Source of the DNA: an uncultured delta proteobacterium
GTDB taxonomy: Bacteria > Desulfobacterota > Desulfuromonadia > Geobacterales > DSM-12255
NCBI GenBank assembly: GCA_963787125.1
Contig: CAWBBV010000005.1
Location: 1 to 64,000 of the forward strand
DNA length: 64,000 nt
Reading direction: 5' to 3'
Shown: positions 54,183-64,000 of the stretch, piece by piece
Layout of the letters: every line of letters starts with the position of its first letter
Numbering within the stretch: the stretch's first letter is position 1
Made by a program: the position numbers and the translations under genes
The notes under the pieces: generated by a model
Told to the model about the DNA's origin: nothing
Databases searched by the model: none
What the model saw: only the letters and a program-made list of their open reading frames with translations

Positions 54183-54737
54183 TCAAGCGGACAGGGCTGT
54201 TTTGACTCTTTCGACCCCGGCCTCAATAGCTTTAATATTGGCAGGGATGAACCGGTGATTACGTTCCGGAAGCGTTTTCTTCAAGGCTTCATAAAGCGAA
54301 GGCAATTCCAGAGCCCCACTGGCGGCCACGTAGGCGCCACAGGCCACCATGTTGACCATACGGGGATCGCCGAGATCTATGGCAATCTGGTTCATTGGTA
54401 TCCGGATCAGGGTGACCCCCGGCAGAGACTCCTGTGCAGCTTCAACCAGAGACGAGTTGACGATACAGAAGCCGCCCGGTTTTACCTTGGCGGCATATTT
54501 ATCATAGGACAACTGGTTGAGGATAAGCGCAACTGAAGGCCGGCCGACAACGGGCGAACCGGTATCGCCATCTGCAAATACAACCGTACACATGGCTGCA
54601 CCGCCACGCTTTTCAACTCCGTAGGAGGGGAAAAAGGAGACGTTCAACCCTTCGTGAATTGCAGCATAGGAGAGCAGATTGCCGGCCAGTAGTACCCCCT
54701 GCCCGCCGTAGCCTGCTATAAAAAGATCATTACGCAT
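54183..54737 (-). CDS. 2-oxoacid:ferredoxin oxidoreductase gamma subunit
   Basis: AGYGGQG, SYGVEKRGG; ATG at 54737. Confidence 0.9.
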   Translation of the reverse strand: MRNDLFIAGYGGQGVLLAGNLLSYAAIHEGLNVSFFPSYGVEKRGGAAMCTVVFADGDTGSPVVGRPSVALILNQLSYDKYAAKVKPGGFCIVNSSLVEAAQESLPGVTLIRIPMNQIAIDLGDPRMVNMVACGAYVAASGALELPSLYEALKKTLPERNHRFIPANIKAIEAGVERVKTALSA

Positions 54738-54827
54738 CGACACAGCTCCTTGCCCTGAGAGACAGGGTAAGTGCATTAACGAAGCTGCTTTCTGTCATAA
54801 CCTGTGCAGAAAACAGCTTCTGGCGCA

Positions 54828-55571
54828 CTAAAGGTTTTCGGTGTCCTTATAGACACCGAGCGGGAAGTAGGGGATCATTTCACTGGCAAGCCGCTCGTTT
54901 GCGGCTAAAGGCTGCAGGCCCCAGTTGGTCGGGCAGGTTGACAGCGCCTCGATAAAAGAAAAGCCTTTCCCTTCAACCTGATAGCGGAAAGCGGTTTTGA
55001 TCAGTTTTTTTGCGTTGAGAACGTTTTTAGGACTGTTGACCGCCACCCGTGCAGAAAAAGCGACGCCGTCCAGATTCGCCAGTAGCTCGGCCATCTTGAA
55101 GGGGGCCCCATCATTGTTGACATCACGACCATAGGGCGAAGTTGATGTTTTCTGGCCGGGCATGGTAGTCGGCGCCATCTGGCCGCCGGTCATCCCGTAG
55201 GTTGTGTTGTTGACAAAAATCACGGTGATATTCTCGCCGCGATTGGCAGCGTGAATGATCTCCGACATGCCGATGGCAGCCAGGTCACCATCGCCCTGAT
55301 AGGTGAAGACAATGCTGTCAGGACGGGCGCGTTTAACCCCTGTTGCCACGGCTGGTGCCCTGCCATGAGGTGACTCCACAACATCGACATTGAAATAGCC
55401 GTAGAGGAAAACAGAGCAGCCGACCGAGGCGCAGCCGATGGTTTTTTCACGAATGGCAAATTCATCCAGCGCTTCTGCCACCAGGCGATGAATCGAGCCG
55501 TGATGACAGCCGGGGCAGAAATGGGTCTGCACATCTTTGAGGCTGGGGGATCTGTCAAAAACCTGTCTCAT
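54828..55571 (-). CDS. 2-oxoacid:ferredoxin oxidoreductase beta (TPP-binding) subunit
   Basis: [12 protein letters not shown]...NN, YGMTGGQ, CPTNW. Confidence 0.92.
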   Translation of the reverse strand: MRQVFDRSPSLKDVQTHFCPGCHHGSIHRLVAEALDEFAIREKTIGCASVGCSVFLYGYFNVDVVESPHGRAPAVATGVKRARPDSIVFTYQGDGDLAAIGMSEIIHAANRGENITVIFVNNTTYGMTGGQMAPTTMPGQKTSTSPYGRDVNNDGAPFKMAELLANLDGVAFSARVAVNSPKNVLNAKKLIKTAFRYQVEGKGFSFIEALSTCPTNWGLQPLAANERLASEMIPYFPLGVYKDTENL

Positions 55572-56629
55572 GGGTACACCTTCCTGATCTGCTCGAAAAT
55601 CTCCTCAGGCGTCGGTAGAGAGCCTGCCCCCGGCGGACGACCGTAGAACGCCACTTCCGCATCACGCTGGACGGAAAGACGGACGTCGTCAATCATCTGG
55701 CCGGTACTGAGCTCAATGTCGAGGAACAGCTTGCAGCGTCGAGAGAGATCCTGATAAGCCTTTTTAGGGAACGGCAGCAGAGTTATCGGCCGCAGCAGTC
55801 CGACCTGCAGCCCCGCTTCACGGGCCATCTCCACAGCTGTTCTGGCAATACGGGCGGTAGAGCCGAAGGCGGTTACTATCAGCCTGGCATCGTCGGTACA
55901 GTATTCCTCCCAGCGGCTCTCCTTTTCACCAAGAAGCTCATAACGGGCAAGCATCTCCCAGTGAAATTTCTCCATCTCGCCATCGCCCAGCTTGAGCGAT
56001 TTCACCACATTCTGATCGGTACCGGCATGCCAGCCACGCACCGCCCAATTCTTTTCAGGCAGAGCGCAGACGGGACGAGGATTAGGAGATATGGACTCCT
56101 TCATCTGTCCAAGCACCGAATCCGCCAGCACCATGGCCGGGATACGATACAGATCCGACAGGTCAAACGCCAGCATAGTCAGGTCGTACATCTCCTGCAC
56201 TGAAGCCGGTGCCAGCACAATAATCCGGTAGCCGCCGTGACCGCCGCCGCGGGTCGCCTGCCAGTAATCGGCCTGGGAGGCATCAATACCGCCAAGACCA
56301 GGTCCCTGACGCATGATGTCAACAATGACACCCGGCAACTCTGAGCCGGCCATGTAGGATATTCCCTCCTGCTTGAGAGATATTCCCGGACCGGAAGAGG
56401 AGGTCATTGCCCTGACTCCGGCGGCTGACGCACCAAGAACCATATTGATGGCGCCTATTTCGCTCTCGGCCTGGATAAAGGTACCGCCGACCTTTGGGAG
56501 TTCGCGGGAAAGGTATTCGGGAATATCGCTCTGGGGAGTAATGGGGTAGCCGAAATAACAGCGGACACCCGCCTCTATGGCTGCCATGGCAACAGCTTCG
56601 TTCCCTTTGACAAACAGTTTATCACTCAT
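55568..56629 (-). CDS. 2-oxoacid:ferredoxin oxidoreductase alpha subunit (Vor-like)
   Basis: GNEA, GYPITP, QAESE, TSSSGPG; ATG at 56629. Confidence 0.92.
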   Translation of the reverse strand: MSDKLFVKGNEAVAMAAIEAGVRCYFGYPITPQSDIPEYLSRELPKVGGTFIQAESEIGAINMVLGASAAGVRAMTSSSGPGISLKQEGISYMAGSELPGVIVDIMRQGPGLGGIDASQADYWQATRGGGHGGYRIIVLAPASVQEMYDLTMLAFDLSDLYRIPAMVLADSVLGQMKESISPNPRPVCALPEKNWAVRGWHAGTDQNVVKSLKLGDGEMEKFHWEMLARYELLGEKESRWEEYCTDDARLIVTAFGSTARIARTAVEMAREAGLQVGLLRPITLLPFPKKAYQDLSRRCKLFLDIELSTGQMIDDVRLSVQRDAEVAFYGRPPGAGSLPTPEEIFEQIRKVYP

Positions 56630-56630
56630 G

Positions 56631-56840
56631 TTACTGCTCCTTGAACACCATAATGGCAACATCAGGGCACATCTCGGCACAAAGAGCGCATCCGGTGCAC
56701 TTTTCAGGTTCAGAAAAAACGGCTACCGTGTAGCCCATGCTATTCGGGGTATCGCTCAAGGATATAAGTTTTCTCGGACAGGCGATTGTGCAGAGTCCGC
56801 ACCCCTTGCAGCGTGCCTCGTTGATGACTATTTTTGGCAT
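56631..56840 (-). CDS. 2x[4Fe-4S] ferredoxin (delta subunit)
   Basis: CKGCGLCTIACP and CTGCALCAEMCP. Confidence 0.92.
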   Translation of the reverse strand: MPKIVINEARCKGCGLCTIACPRKLISLSDTPNSMGYTVAVFSEPEKCTGCALCAEMCPDVAIMVFKEQ

Positions 56841-57095
56841 TTTCTTTTCCCGGGATTTTATAGCTGGAGGGCTACGATTTTTAATTTGGTACAAATTAGC
56901 AGAGAGTTTACCTTAGCGTCAACCATTTTATCTCAGCATAATCTGTCTCGTTAGATCAGTCGACTTCAGGGTCGTTTTTTGTTATTGCAACAAGGTTGAT
57001 AGCTGTCTATTCTGGAAAGATTAGAGTAATCAGGGGGCAGTCGCCGGGCTTTATTCTGACTACTGATTACTGACTATGAATTCAAGGACTTATCC

Positions 57096-58568
57096 ATGTC
57101 TCTCTCAATACTTATATCCGCAGCAGAAGCGGTTCCTTTTGCTAAAAGCGGCGGCCTTGCAGATGTGGTCGGTTCTCTGCCCAAATATCTGCGCCAGCGT
57201 GGCCACGACGTCAGGCTTGTCATGCCACGCTATTACAGGATTGACAGTGAAACCTTCGACCTCAGACTGCTCCCCGGAGCCCTTGTCGTCCCGATGGGGA
57301 TTCTGGGCAACGAATACTGTGCGGTCTATGAAGGGCGATTGCCTGAGACGGATATTCCAGTCTATTTTCTTGAGCATGAAGGCTATTTCGGCAGAAACGG
57401 CCTGTATGGTGAGGAGAATCTGGAATTCCCCGACAATGACAGACGTTTTATTTTCCTTTCCAAAGGGAGCCTGGAACTGTGCAAGATGCTCGATTTTCAT
57501 CCGGACATTGTCCATGCACATGACTGGCATACCGCCGCGATTCCGCTGCTGCTCAACACATCCTACCGCCTGGATTCTCATGTCGGCAAGGCTGCCTCTG
57601 TGCTTACAATCCATAACATGCAGTATCAGGGGAGCTTCCCGCCGGCAACGATGGAAGTTCTTGACGTCGGCTGGGACCAATTCACGTTTCTTGGGGTGGA
57701 AAAGGATGACCGGGTTAATCTCCTCAAGGGGGGGATTTACAATGCCAACATTCTTAATACCGTCAGTGAAGGCTATGCGGCAGAGATAAGGACACCTGCC
57801 TATGGCTGGGGGCTTGAAACTGTTCTCAGGGAGCGGGCAGGCGACCTGTTTGGGATCCTTAACGGTGTTGATTATACGGAATGGGCCCCGGAAGCAGATG
57901 GTTATCTCGCCGCGCAATACTCCCGAGGGGATCTGCCCGGAAAAAGCATCTGCAAGGCCGACATCCAGAGGGTGATTGGCCTGCCGGTGAGAGCTGATCT
58001 TCCTCTTATCGGGGTTGTCAGCAGGATGGTAAAGCAGAAGGGGATTGATTTTCTTGCAGCGGCGCTTCCGGAAATTTTAACGCTCGACCTGCAGCTTGTC
58101 ATGCTGGGAGAGGGGGAACCGTGGGCTCATTTTTACTTCGGCGGCATGGCTGCAAAACATCCGGACAAGCTGAAAGTCATTATCGGTTACGACAATGCCC
58201 TTTCTCACAAGATAGAGGCCGGGGCAGACTTCTTCCTCATGCCCTCAGCCTTTGAGCCGTGTGGACTCAATCAGATGTACAGCATGCGCTACGGAACGCT
58301 GCCGATTGTCCGGGCAACCGGGGGGCTGGAAGATAGTGTCGAGAATTTCAATGAGGAGAGATTGACCGGGACAGGGTTCAAATTCAGGGATCTTACCCCT
58401 GGAGCCCTTTTCGACACCGTCGGTTGGGCGGTACATACCTGGTACCATCATAAAGACGCCATCAGCAGCTTGGTGTTGAATGCAATGGAGAAAAGATTCA
58501 CCTGGGAGGTTGCCGCCGAGAAGTACGAACGGCTCTATAACATGGCCATCAGCCGGCTTCGGCAATAA
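57096..58568 (+). CDS. glgA: Glycogen synthase
   Basis: [20 protein letters not shown]. Confidence 0.95.
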   Translation: MSLSILISAAEAVPFAKSGGLADVVGSLPKYLRQRGHDVRLVMPRYYRIDSETFDLRLLPGALVVPMGILGNEYCAVYEGRLPETDIPVYFLEHEGYFGRNGLYGEENLEFPDNDRRFIFLSKGSLELCKMLDFHPDIVHAHDWHTAAIPLLLNTSYRLDSHVGKAASVLTIHNMQYQGSFPPATMEVLDVGWDQFTFLGVEKDDRVNLLKGGIYNANILNTVSEGYAAEIRTPAYGWGLETVLRERAGDLFGILNGVDYTEWAPEADGYLAAQYSRGDLPGKSICKADIQRVIGLPVRADLPLIGVVSRMVKQKGIDFLAAALPEILTLDLQLVMLGEGEPWAHFYFGGMAAKHPDKLKVIIGYDNALSHKIEAGADFFLMPSAFEPCGLNQMYSMRYGTLPIVRATGGLEDSVENFNEERLTGTGFKFRDLTPGALFDTVGWAVHTWYHHKDAISSLVLNAMEKRFTWEVAAEKYERLYNMAISRLRQ

Positions 58569-60738
58569 CAAACTGCTTCATCTCTTTTTTCAGAAGCTCA
58601 CTCTGGTTGGAAAGACGTCTGACGGCTTCATCGGTAACCCTGTTAGCGTCGAGCGCACCTTCCGTAGACTGCTGAATTTCGTGGGCAGAGTGCATGATCA
58701 AAGCGCTGCTCTTCGCCTGCTCGTCACTGGCAATCTTAATTTTCCGGATCATGACTGAAATACTTTCCGTCGATTTGCCGATGAACGAGCCGACAGTACT
58801 CTGCTCACGGGTAGAGTTGCGGACCTGTGAGTTCAGGTTTTTCATCTTCTCCGTAGCAGCAATAATCATATCCGCACCGCGCCCCTGCTGGCCGATGGCA
58901 GTCGCAATCTGGGCAGCCATGTCCGAGATTTTTTCAACGGCACTCCTGATCTGCTGACTCTCTTTTGCCTGAGATTCAGTGGTTTTGGCAATCTCAACTA
59001 TCTGTGAGCTCGACGTTTTAACGCCCGAAACAATCTTGGCAAGCGCTTCGCCGGATTGGTAAGAAAGCTGCTCACCATCTTCGATACTCTGTTCGGCAAG
59101 CGTTATGGATTCAACGGCGCGATGAACCTCCTGCTGAACCGCAGCAATTACCTGGGCAATCTCTTTTGTCGAGCTGCTGGTACGCTCCGAGAGCTCCTTT
59201 ATCTCCTCGGCAACAACCGCAAACCCCTTGCCATGTTCACCTGCCTGAGCCGCTATGATGGCGGCGTTCAGAGCCAGAAGATTGGTCTGCTCGGCCACTT
59301 CATCTATTACCTGAAGGATCGAACCGATATCCCTGGCTTTTTCCGAGAGACTTGAGATTGCCGCAGAAGTGATAATTGATGAATTCTTTATTTCAGTGAT
59401 ACCGGCAATAGTAGCCTCGACCGACGCTCGCCCTGTTTCGGCATCACTAAGAAGCCCTTCCGAAATTGCGGCGCTTTCGGTGGCATTCTGCTCAATCTGC
59501 CTGATGGAGATATCCATGGCAGCTACCGAGCTGGCGGTTGTCATTGAAGAACCGACCAGACCGGCGACATTATTGTCGATTGCACGGATAGACGCCGCCA
59601 TCTCGGTTATCGAGGAACTTACCTCTTCAACTGCCTGTGAGAGCGTCTCCACATTAAGCGCAACCTCTTCGATGCTTGCAACCAGCTGCATGGTAGATGA
59701 CGAGCTTTCCGAGGTAGAGAGGAACAGGCTGTCAATCGCCTGGGAGATGCCGTTGATGGAAGAGTTCATTTCTGTGATAGCCGAAGTTGTCTGGAGAACG
59801 CTTCCGGCCTGAATTTCAGCGGTTGTCACATTTTTCTGGGAACCGTCACGGAGAGTTGCAGTGATATTTCCCAGCTCTCGGGCAGATAGCTTGATTTTGC
59901 TGACCATTTCCGACAGCTTTGACGCCATCAGATTGAAGTCACAAACAAGGGTCCCTATCTCGTCTGTCGAGCTATCCTCCAGGGTTACGGTCAGGTTCCC
60001 TTTTGAGCCTTCAGCAAGTGCTTCTGCCATTTTTTTAATTCTGTTGACAATACTTCGGGAAACAATGGTGCCGAAAGCTATCGCTGACAGGATTGCGCAG
60101 ATGATTACAATGATAAGAGTGAGCTGGGCGTTACGCTGGATGGAGGTGGCATCACTGTTGGCCTGTTTCATCAGGCTGTTTACCGTTACCAGCAGTTCAT
60201 CGACCGCTGTTGCGACCTGATCGGTTTTCTCCGGGAGTTCGGTTTTGATTATTGCCGCTATTTCGCTATCTGAGGTGGTCACACCTTTACCTTTGCCAAG
60301 TAGCCCCTCTTTACGCTCTAAAAGTTTCTCACCCGTAGCGCTGAACTCCTTAAACATTGCGACAACCGACTTTGCCCGTTCTTCGAGTGGCGACCCTTTT
60401 TGGGCAGCAGGCAGTCCCAGCTTTTCATTGCCTTTGAGGATGATGTCCAGATAGCCGTTGAGTCGATCCCGCTTTGACTCATAATCGCCTTTGATAAGTT
60501 CAAGATCGTCAATCTTTGTGACGGATGCCGCTTCGACAAGATGGAGACGACACTCCTGCAAGGCGGTCTTCATCAGCACGACCTGATTTGACTGTGTTGA
60601 GCCGGTCATGATGACATCCTGGATGGTATGCCCAACCTTGTTCAGACTCAAAATGCCGAAAAATCCGGTTATACCGACGATTAAAGCCATTATCAGGAAG
60701 AGACCTACAAGCTTTTGGCCAAGCTTGAGATTTTTCAT
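58549..60738 (-). CDS. Methyl-accepting chemotaxis protein
   Basis: Two TMs, [31 protein letters not shown]. Confidence 0.95.
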   Translation of the reverse strand: MKNLKLGQKLVGLFLIMALIVGITGFFGILSLNKVGHTIQDVIMTGSTQSNQVVLMKTALQECRLHLVEAASVTKIDDLELIKGDYESKRDRLNGYLDIILKGNEKLGLPAAQKGSPLEERAKSVVAMFKEFSATGEKLLERKEGLLGKGKGVTTSDSEIAAIIKTELPEKTDQVATAVDELLVTVNSLMKQANSDATSIQRNAQLTLIIVIICAILSAIAFGTIVSRSIVNRIKKMAEALAEGSKGNLTVTLEDSSTDEIGTLVCDFNLMASKLSEMVSKIKLSARELGNITATLRDGSQKNVTTAEIQAGSVLQTTSAITEMNSSINGISQAIDSLFLSTSESSSSTMQLVASIEEVALNVETLSQAVEEVSSSITEMAASIRAIDNNVAGLVGSSMTTASSVAAMDISIRQIEQNATESAAISEGLLSDAETGRASVEATIAGITEIKNSSIITSAAISSLSEKARDIGSILQVIDEVAEQTNLLALNAAIIAAQAGEHGKGFAVVAEEIKELSERTSSSTKEIAQVIAAVQQEVHRAVESITLAEQSIEDGEQLSYQSGEALAKIVSGVKTSSSQIVEIAKTTESQAKESQQIRSAVEKISDMAAQIATAIGQQGRGADMIIAATEKMKNLNSQVRNSTREQSTVGSFIGKSTESISVMIRKIKIASDEQAKSSALIMHSAHEIQQSTEGALDANRVTDEAVRRLSNQSELLKKEMKQFVIAEAG

Positions 60739-60838
60739 AAGCGACTCCGTAAAATGAGTGAATTATTTGTAAAACTATTTATTAAACAGTCGATTAAAAG
60801 CCTGATATTTATAGCAGAGACAACTGATCAGCTCAAGA

Positions 60839-61723
60839 CTAATCGATGTATCTTTTTATAAGTTCCTGATAGGAGTCTGTCCGCCGATCCCGCAAAAAAG
60901 GCCAGATCCGCCTTACAGCTTCGCTCCTTTCACGCTCCAGAGCAACAACGACAACCTCTTCGCTGGAATGAGACGAGCTGTGGAGAATCTCACCCTGGCA
61001 ACCGGCCACGAAACTATTCCCCCAAAATTCGATTCCACCAACGCTATCTGCCGGATTAGCCTCAAAGCCGACACGATTAACTGCTACCACCGGTATGCCG
61101 TTGGCAATGGCATGACTTCGCTGCACAGTGATCCAGGCGTCAAGCTGCCTTGCCTTCTCCTCTAACGAGTCAACCGGATCCCAGCCGATAGCGGTCGGAT
61201 AGATAAGAAGCTCTGCGCCTGCAAGGGCCATGAGCCTTGCGGCCTCAGGGTACCACTGATCCCAGCAGACCAGCACACCAAGCTTGCCGATTGATGTCTG
61301 TACCGGTTTAAAGCCAAGATCCCCGGGGGTGAAGTAGAATTTCTCATAAAAGCCCGGATCGTCAGGGATATGCATTTTGCGGTAGATTCCGGCAATGGAG
61401 CCGTCACTCTCTATGACAACTGCAGTGTTGTGATAAAGGCCCGGAGCACGCCGTTCGAAAAGTGAGGTAACGATGACAATACCGAGCTCACGGGCAAGGG
61501 CGCCGAAACATTCGGTTGACGGCCCAGGAATCGCTTCGGCAAGATCGAAGTTAACGGCAGCTTCAGTCTGACAGAAATAGAGCGAGGTATGAAGCTCCTG
61601 GAGGACCACCAGTTGAGCGCCGCGCTCTTTGGCCTCACGGATCATTGCGACGGTTTTGGCAATATTTGCGGCCGGATTGTCGTAGCAGCGCTGCTGAACC
61701 AGAGCTACAGTCAGAATATTCAT
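60839..61723 (-). CDS. aguB: Carbon-nitrogen hydrolase (N-carbamoylputrescine amidase-like)
   Basis: QEL, YRKMHIP, CWDQW triad; coupled to agmatine deiminase. Confidence 0.85.
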   Translation of the reverse strand: MNILTVALVQQRCYDNPAANIAKTVAMIREAKERGAQLVVLQELHTSLYFCQTEAAVNFDLAEAIPGPSTECFGALARELGIVIVTSLFERRAPGLYHNTAVVIESDGSIAGIYRKMHIPDDPGFYEKFYFTPGDLGFKPVQTSIGKLGVLVCWDQWYPEAARLMALAGAELLIYPTAIGWDPVDSLEEKARQLDAWITVQRSHAIANGIPVVAVNRVGFEANPADSVGGIEFWGNSFVAGCQGEILHSSSHSSEEVVVVALERERSEAVRRIWPFLRDRRTDSYQELIKRYID

Positions 61724-62760
61724 GCAAGTGCCCCTTTTGGCAACTGCATGGTGAGGCAGTGCAGTGAGCCGTGCTGAAGAATTATGCTACGACAGTCGAT
61801 CCCGATAATCTGCCGGTCCGAAAACGCCTGCTGTAGCGCGGCAAGAGCTGCTGCGTCGCTGTCATCGTTATATGTCGGCACAAGTACGGCACCGTTAATG
61901 ACCAGAAAATTCGCATAAGTCGCCGGAATCCGCTCCCCCTCCAGACCATGACAGGCCCGGGGGAAAGGGAGCGGTATCAATCTATAGGGATTGCCTGTTC
62001 TGGTACGGAATGACTCCAGCTCACTCTTCATGGCAGCAAGAGCTGCATAATGCTCATCGGACGGATCATCGCAGGCAACATAAAGAATGGTATCATCCGG
62101 GCAGAGACGGGCCAGAGTGTCGACGTGAGAGTCGGTGTCATCTCCTGCCAGGTAGCCGTGATTAAGCCATAAGAAGCGATCAGCACCCAGTTGCGCTGCA
62201 AGCTCAATTTCAAGCTGCTCCCTGGAGAGATGGGCATTTCTGTTCCGGCTCAAAAGACATTCTGCGGTAACCAGGAGTGTTCCCGCGCCATCGGCTTCGA
62301 TGCTGCCCCCTTCAAAAATAAGAGGTAAGGTCAGGAGATTACCGTTAAAAACCTCTTTTTCTGCCAGCAGACTGTTCAGTTGGTTATCAAGGTTGGCCGG
62401 GAATTTTAAACCCCAGCCGTTGAAGCCGAAGTCGAGCAGCAGCGGCTCGCCGTTTTCGTAAACTGTTATCGGCCCGAAATCCCTTGCCCAGGTATCGTTG
62501 GTCGGCAGATTGACGAAGGTTACGTTTGGAAAGTTTGCGCCTGCGGCGTTTAACATACTGTCAGCTGCCCCGCTTTCGGGAACGATCAGAATAACTCGCT
62601 CGAAACCGCTGATGGCAGCTATTATCGCGGCAAATACCGGTTCAACCAGGTTAAGGACTGAGTCCCAGTCACTGTTTTGGTGCGGCCAGGCCAGCAGGAT
62701 TCCGTCTTGCTCTTCCCATTCGGCCGGGAGCCTTCTTGTTTTTACAATCTCATTATTCAT
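61720..62760 (-). CDS. aguA: Agmatine deiminase family protein
   Basis: PAEWE, WARDFGP, EGGS, DDTDSHVD, GSLHCLTMQ. Confidence 0.9.
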   Translation of the reverse strand: MNNEIVKTRRLPAEWEEQDGILLAWPHQNSDWDSVLNLVEPVFAAIIAAISGFERVILIVPESGAADSMLNAAGANFPNVTFVNLPTNDTWARDFGPITVYENGEPLLLDFGFNGWGLKFPANLDNQLNSLLAEKEVFNGNLLTLPLIFEGGSIEADGAGTLLVTAECLLSRNRNAHLSREQLEIELAAQLGADRFLWLNHGYLAGDDTDSHVDTLARLCPDDTILYVACDDPSDEHYAALAAMKSELESFRTRTGNPYRLIPLPFPRACHGLEGERIPATYANFLVINGAVLVPTYNDDSDAAALAALQQAFSDRQIIGIDCRSIILQHGSLHCLTMQLPKGALA

Positions 62761-62892
62761 AAGAGGAGATTATAAGGACGGAGTTGCCACGGGTCAATTT
62801 TTTCGTCGGTTTACAGATAAAATAAATGCGGTAATATTTCATACAGGCTTAAATTAAAATAAAGATTCGCTAATTTTAACGGAGGTAAATTT

Positions 62893-63246
62893 ATGAACGA
62901 TTGTGAAATCAAACAAAATGCGATGGTTGGCGGGATAATGCTGATAGCCGGCGGGCTCCTTGGCGCAGCAGCAGCGTTGTTGTACGCACCCCAGTCGGGC
63001 AGGCAGACAAGGCGGGATATTTCCCGCTACAGCCGGAAGGTCAGACGGCAGACTGAAGACATTGTCGATGATTTTGCCGGAAATGTTAACGGGATGGTGG
63101 AATCGATAGGCGAGCGCGCCGAAGACATTCTCGATAAAGGCAAGGATCTTGCCCATGAGGCTAAAGTAGAGCTGATTAAAATAATTGATGAGGGCCAGGC
63201 AAAACTTGAAAAACAGAAAGCGCGGCTGGCTAAGATTATCGGATAA
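62893..63246 (+). CDS. YtxH domain protein
   Basis: GAAAALLYAPQSGRQTR; GGAGG RBS. Confidence 0.88.
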   Translation: MNDCEIKQNAMVGGIMLIAGGLLGAAAALLYAPQSGRQTRRDISRYSRKVRRQTEDIVDDFAGNVNGMVESIGERAEDILDKGKDLAHEAKVELIKIIDEGQAKLEKQKARLAKIIG

Positions 63247-63312
63247 AAATTTCCACTTTACAGGAGTTTATGGTACAAACCCCGTTAGTACATGCTATTA
63301 GCGGGGTTTTTA

Positions 63313-64000
63313 TTGTCTGAGAAAAAGAATATCGCTCGTGCCGCCGGTGTTCTCGGCTTTGCCACCATCCTTTCAAGAATCATGGGGATGGTACGTGACA
63401 TGGTTGTTTCGCGTCTTTTCGGCGCCGGCTTTGCAACCGACGCTTTTTTCGCCGCCTTCCAGATACCGAACATGCTGCGCCGCTTTTTTGCTGAAGGGGC
63501 TCTCACTTCCGCTTTTGTGCCGACCTTTTCGGAGTGCTATACCCAAAAGGGAGAAGTTAAGGCACGGGAGCTTGCCAACACCTGCTTCACTCTTTTGACA
63601 ATCACCATGGCTATCGTGACGATCCTCGGCATCCTGTTCTCACCGCAGATCGTCAAACTGATGTTCCCCGGTTTTGCGGCAGAACCGAGCAAACTTGAAC
63701 TGACCATCTTTCTCAATCGCCTCATGTTCCCGTATATCTTTTTTGTCAGTCTGGTTGCGCTCTGCATGGGGATTCTGAATACACTGCGCCATTTCTTTAC
63801 CCCTGCCATTTCCACAGTATTTCTCAACCTCACCATGATCTTGTCTGCCCTGCTGCTCCATAACCTGTTTGCGGTGCCGATAATCTCCCTTGCTGTCGGT
63901 GTACTGATCGGCGGGCTGTTGCAACTTCTGCTGCAGCTACCGATTCTCTGGCGAAAACAATTCCCTTTACGTTTCCGCTTCGATTTCAGCAATCCGGCGG
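63313..64000 (+). CDS. murJ: Lipid II flippase MurJ (runs off the window)
   Basis: TTG start; LSRIMGMVRD...FGAG..TDAFFAAFQIPNMLRRFFAEGALTSAFVP; absent from the ORF track because there is no stop in the window. Confidence 0.93.
   Translation, partial: MSEKKNIARAAGVLGFATILSRIMGMVRDMVVSRLFGAGFATDAFFAAFQIPNMLRRFFAEGALTSAFVPTFSECYTQKGEVKARELANTCFTLLTITMAIVTILGILFSPQIVKLMFPGFAAEPSKLELTIFLNRLMFPYIFFVSLVALCMGILNTLRHFFTPAISTVFLNLTMILSALLLHNLFAVPIISLAVGVLIGGLLQLLLQLPILWRKQFPLRFRFDFSNPA

Overview
Chromosomal window from a Geobacteraceae/Desulfuromonadales-like deltaproteobacterium; the taxonomy is inferred from gene content, not from a search. The housekeeping backbone includes a GeoRSP-type PqqD/radical SAM/SPASM operon, a complete minus-strand rRNA operon (16S, tRNA-Ile, tRNA-Ala, 23S, 5S), tyrS-ymdB-rny-5FCL-zapA-zapB, an ABC export operon, fdhD-mobA, recJ, secDF-yajC-tgt, tRNA-Cys, a 2-oxoacid:ferredoxin oxidoreductase, glgA, an MCP, aguAB and a partial murJ. 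The main accessory feature is a ~16 kb integron-type gene-cassette array at ~22.9-39.0 kb with no integrase in the window. It has 7 reconstructable, unusually short attC hairpins and 2 partial ones. It starts at an attI-like GTTGGAC site preceded by four ~20-bp direct repeats and a decayed small gene. The cassettes encode AT-rich secreted, lipoprotein and immunity-like proteins and toxin-antitoxin pairs. Three attC sites are split by group II introns using two different routes: two class IIC copies on the bottom strand at A|AC of the R'' box, and one CL1/IIB-type intron on the top strand at GTT|GAGC of the R' box, whose predicted EBS1 is complementary to the CCGTT end shared by most of these attCs. 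An IS1380-family element, a divergent Hfq-like gene and an orphan cas6 also lie in or beside the array. No 6S RNA could be recognised at its usual position after zapA. All calls are by eye, without database searches.
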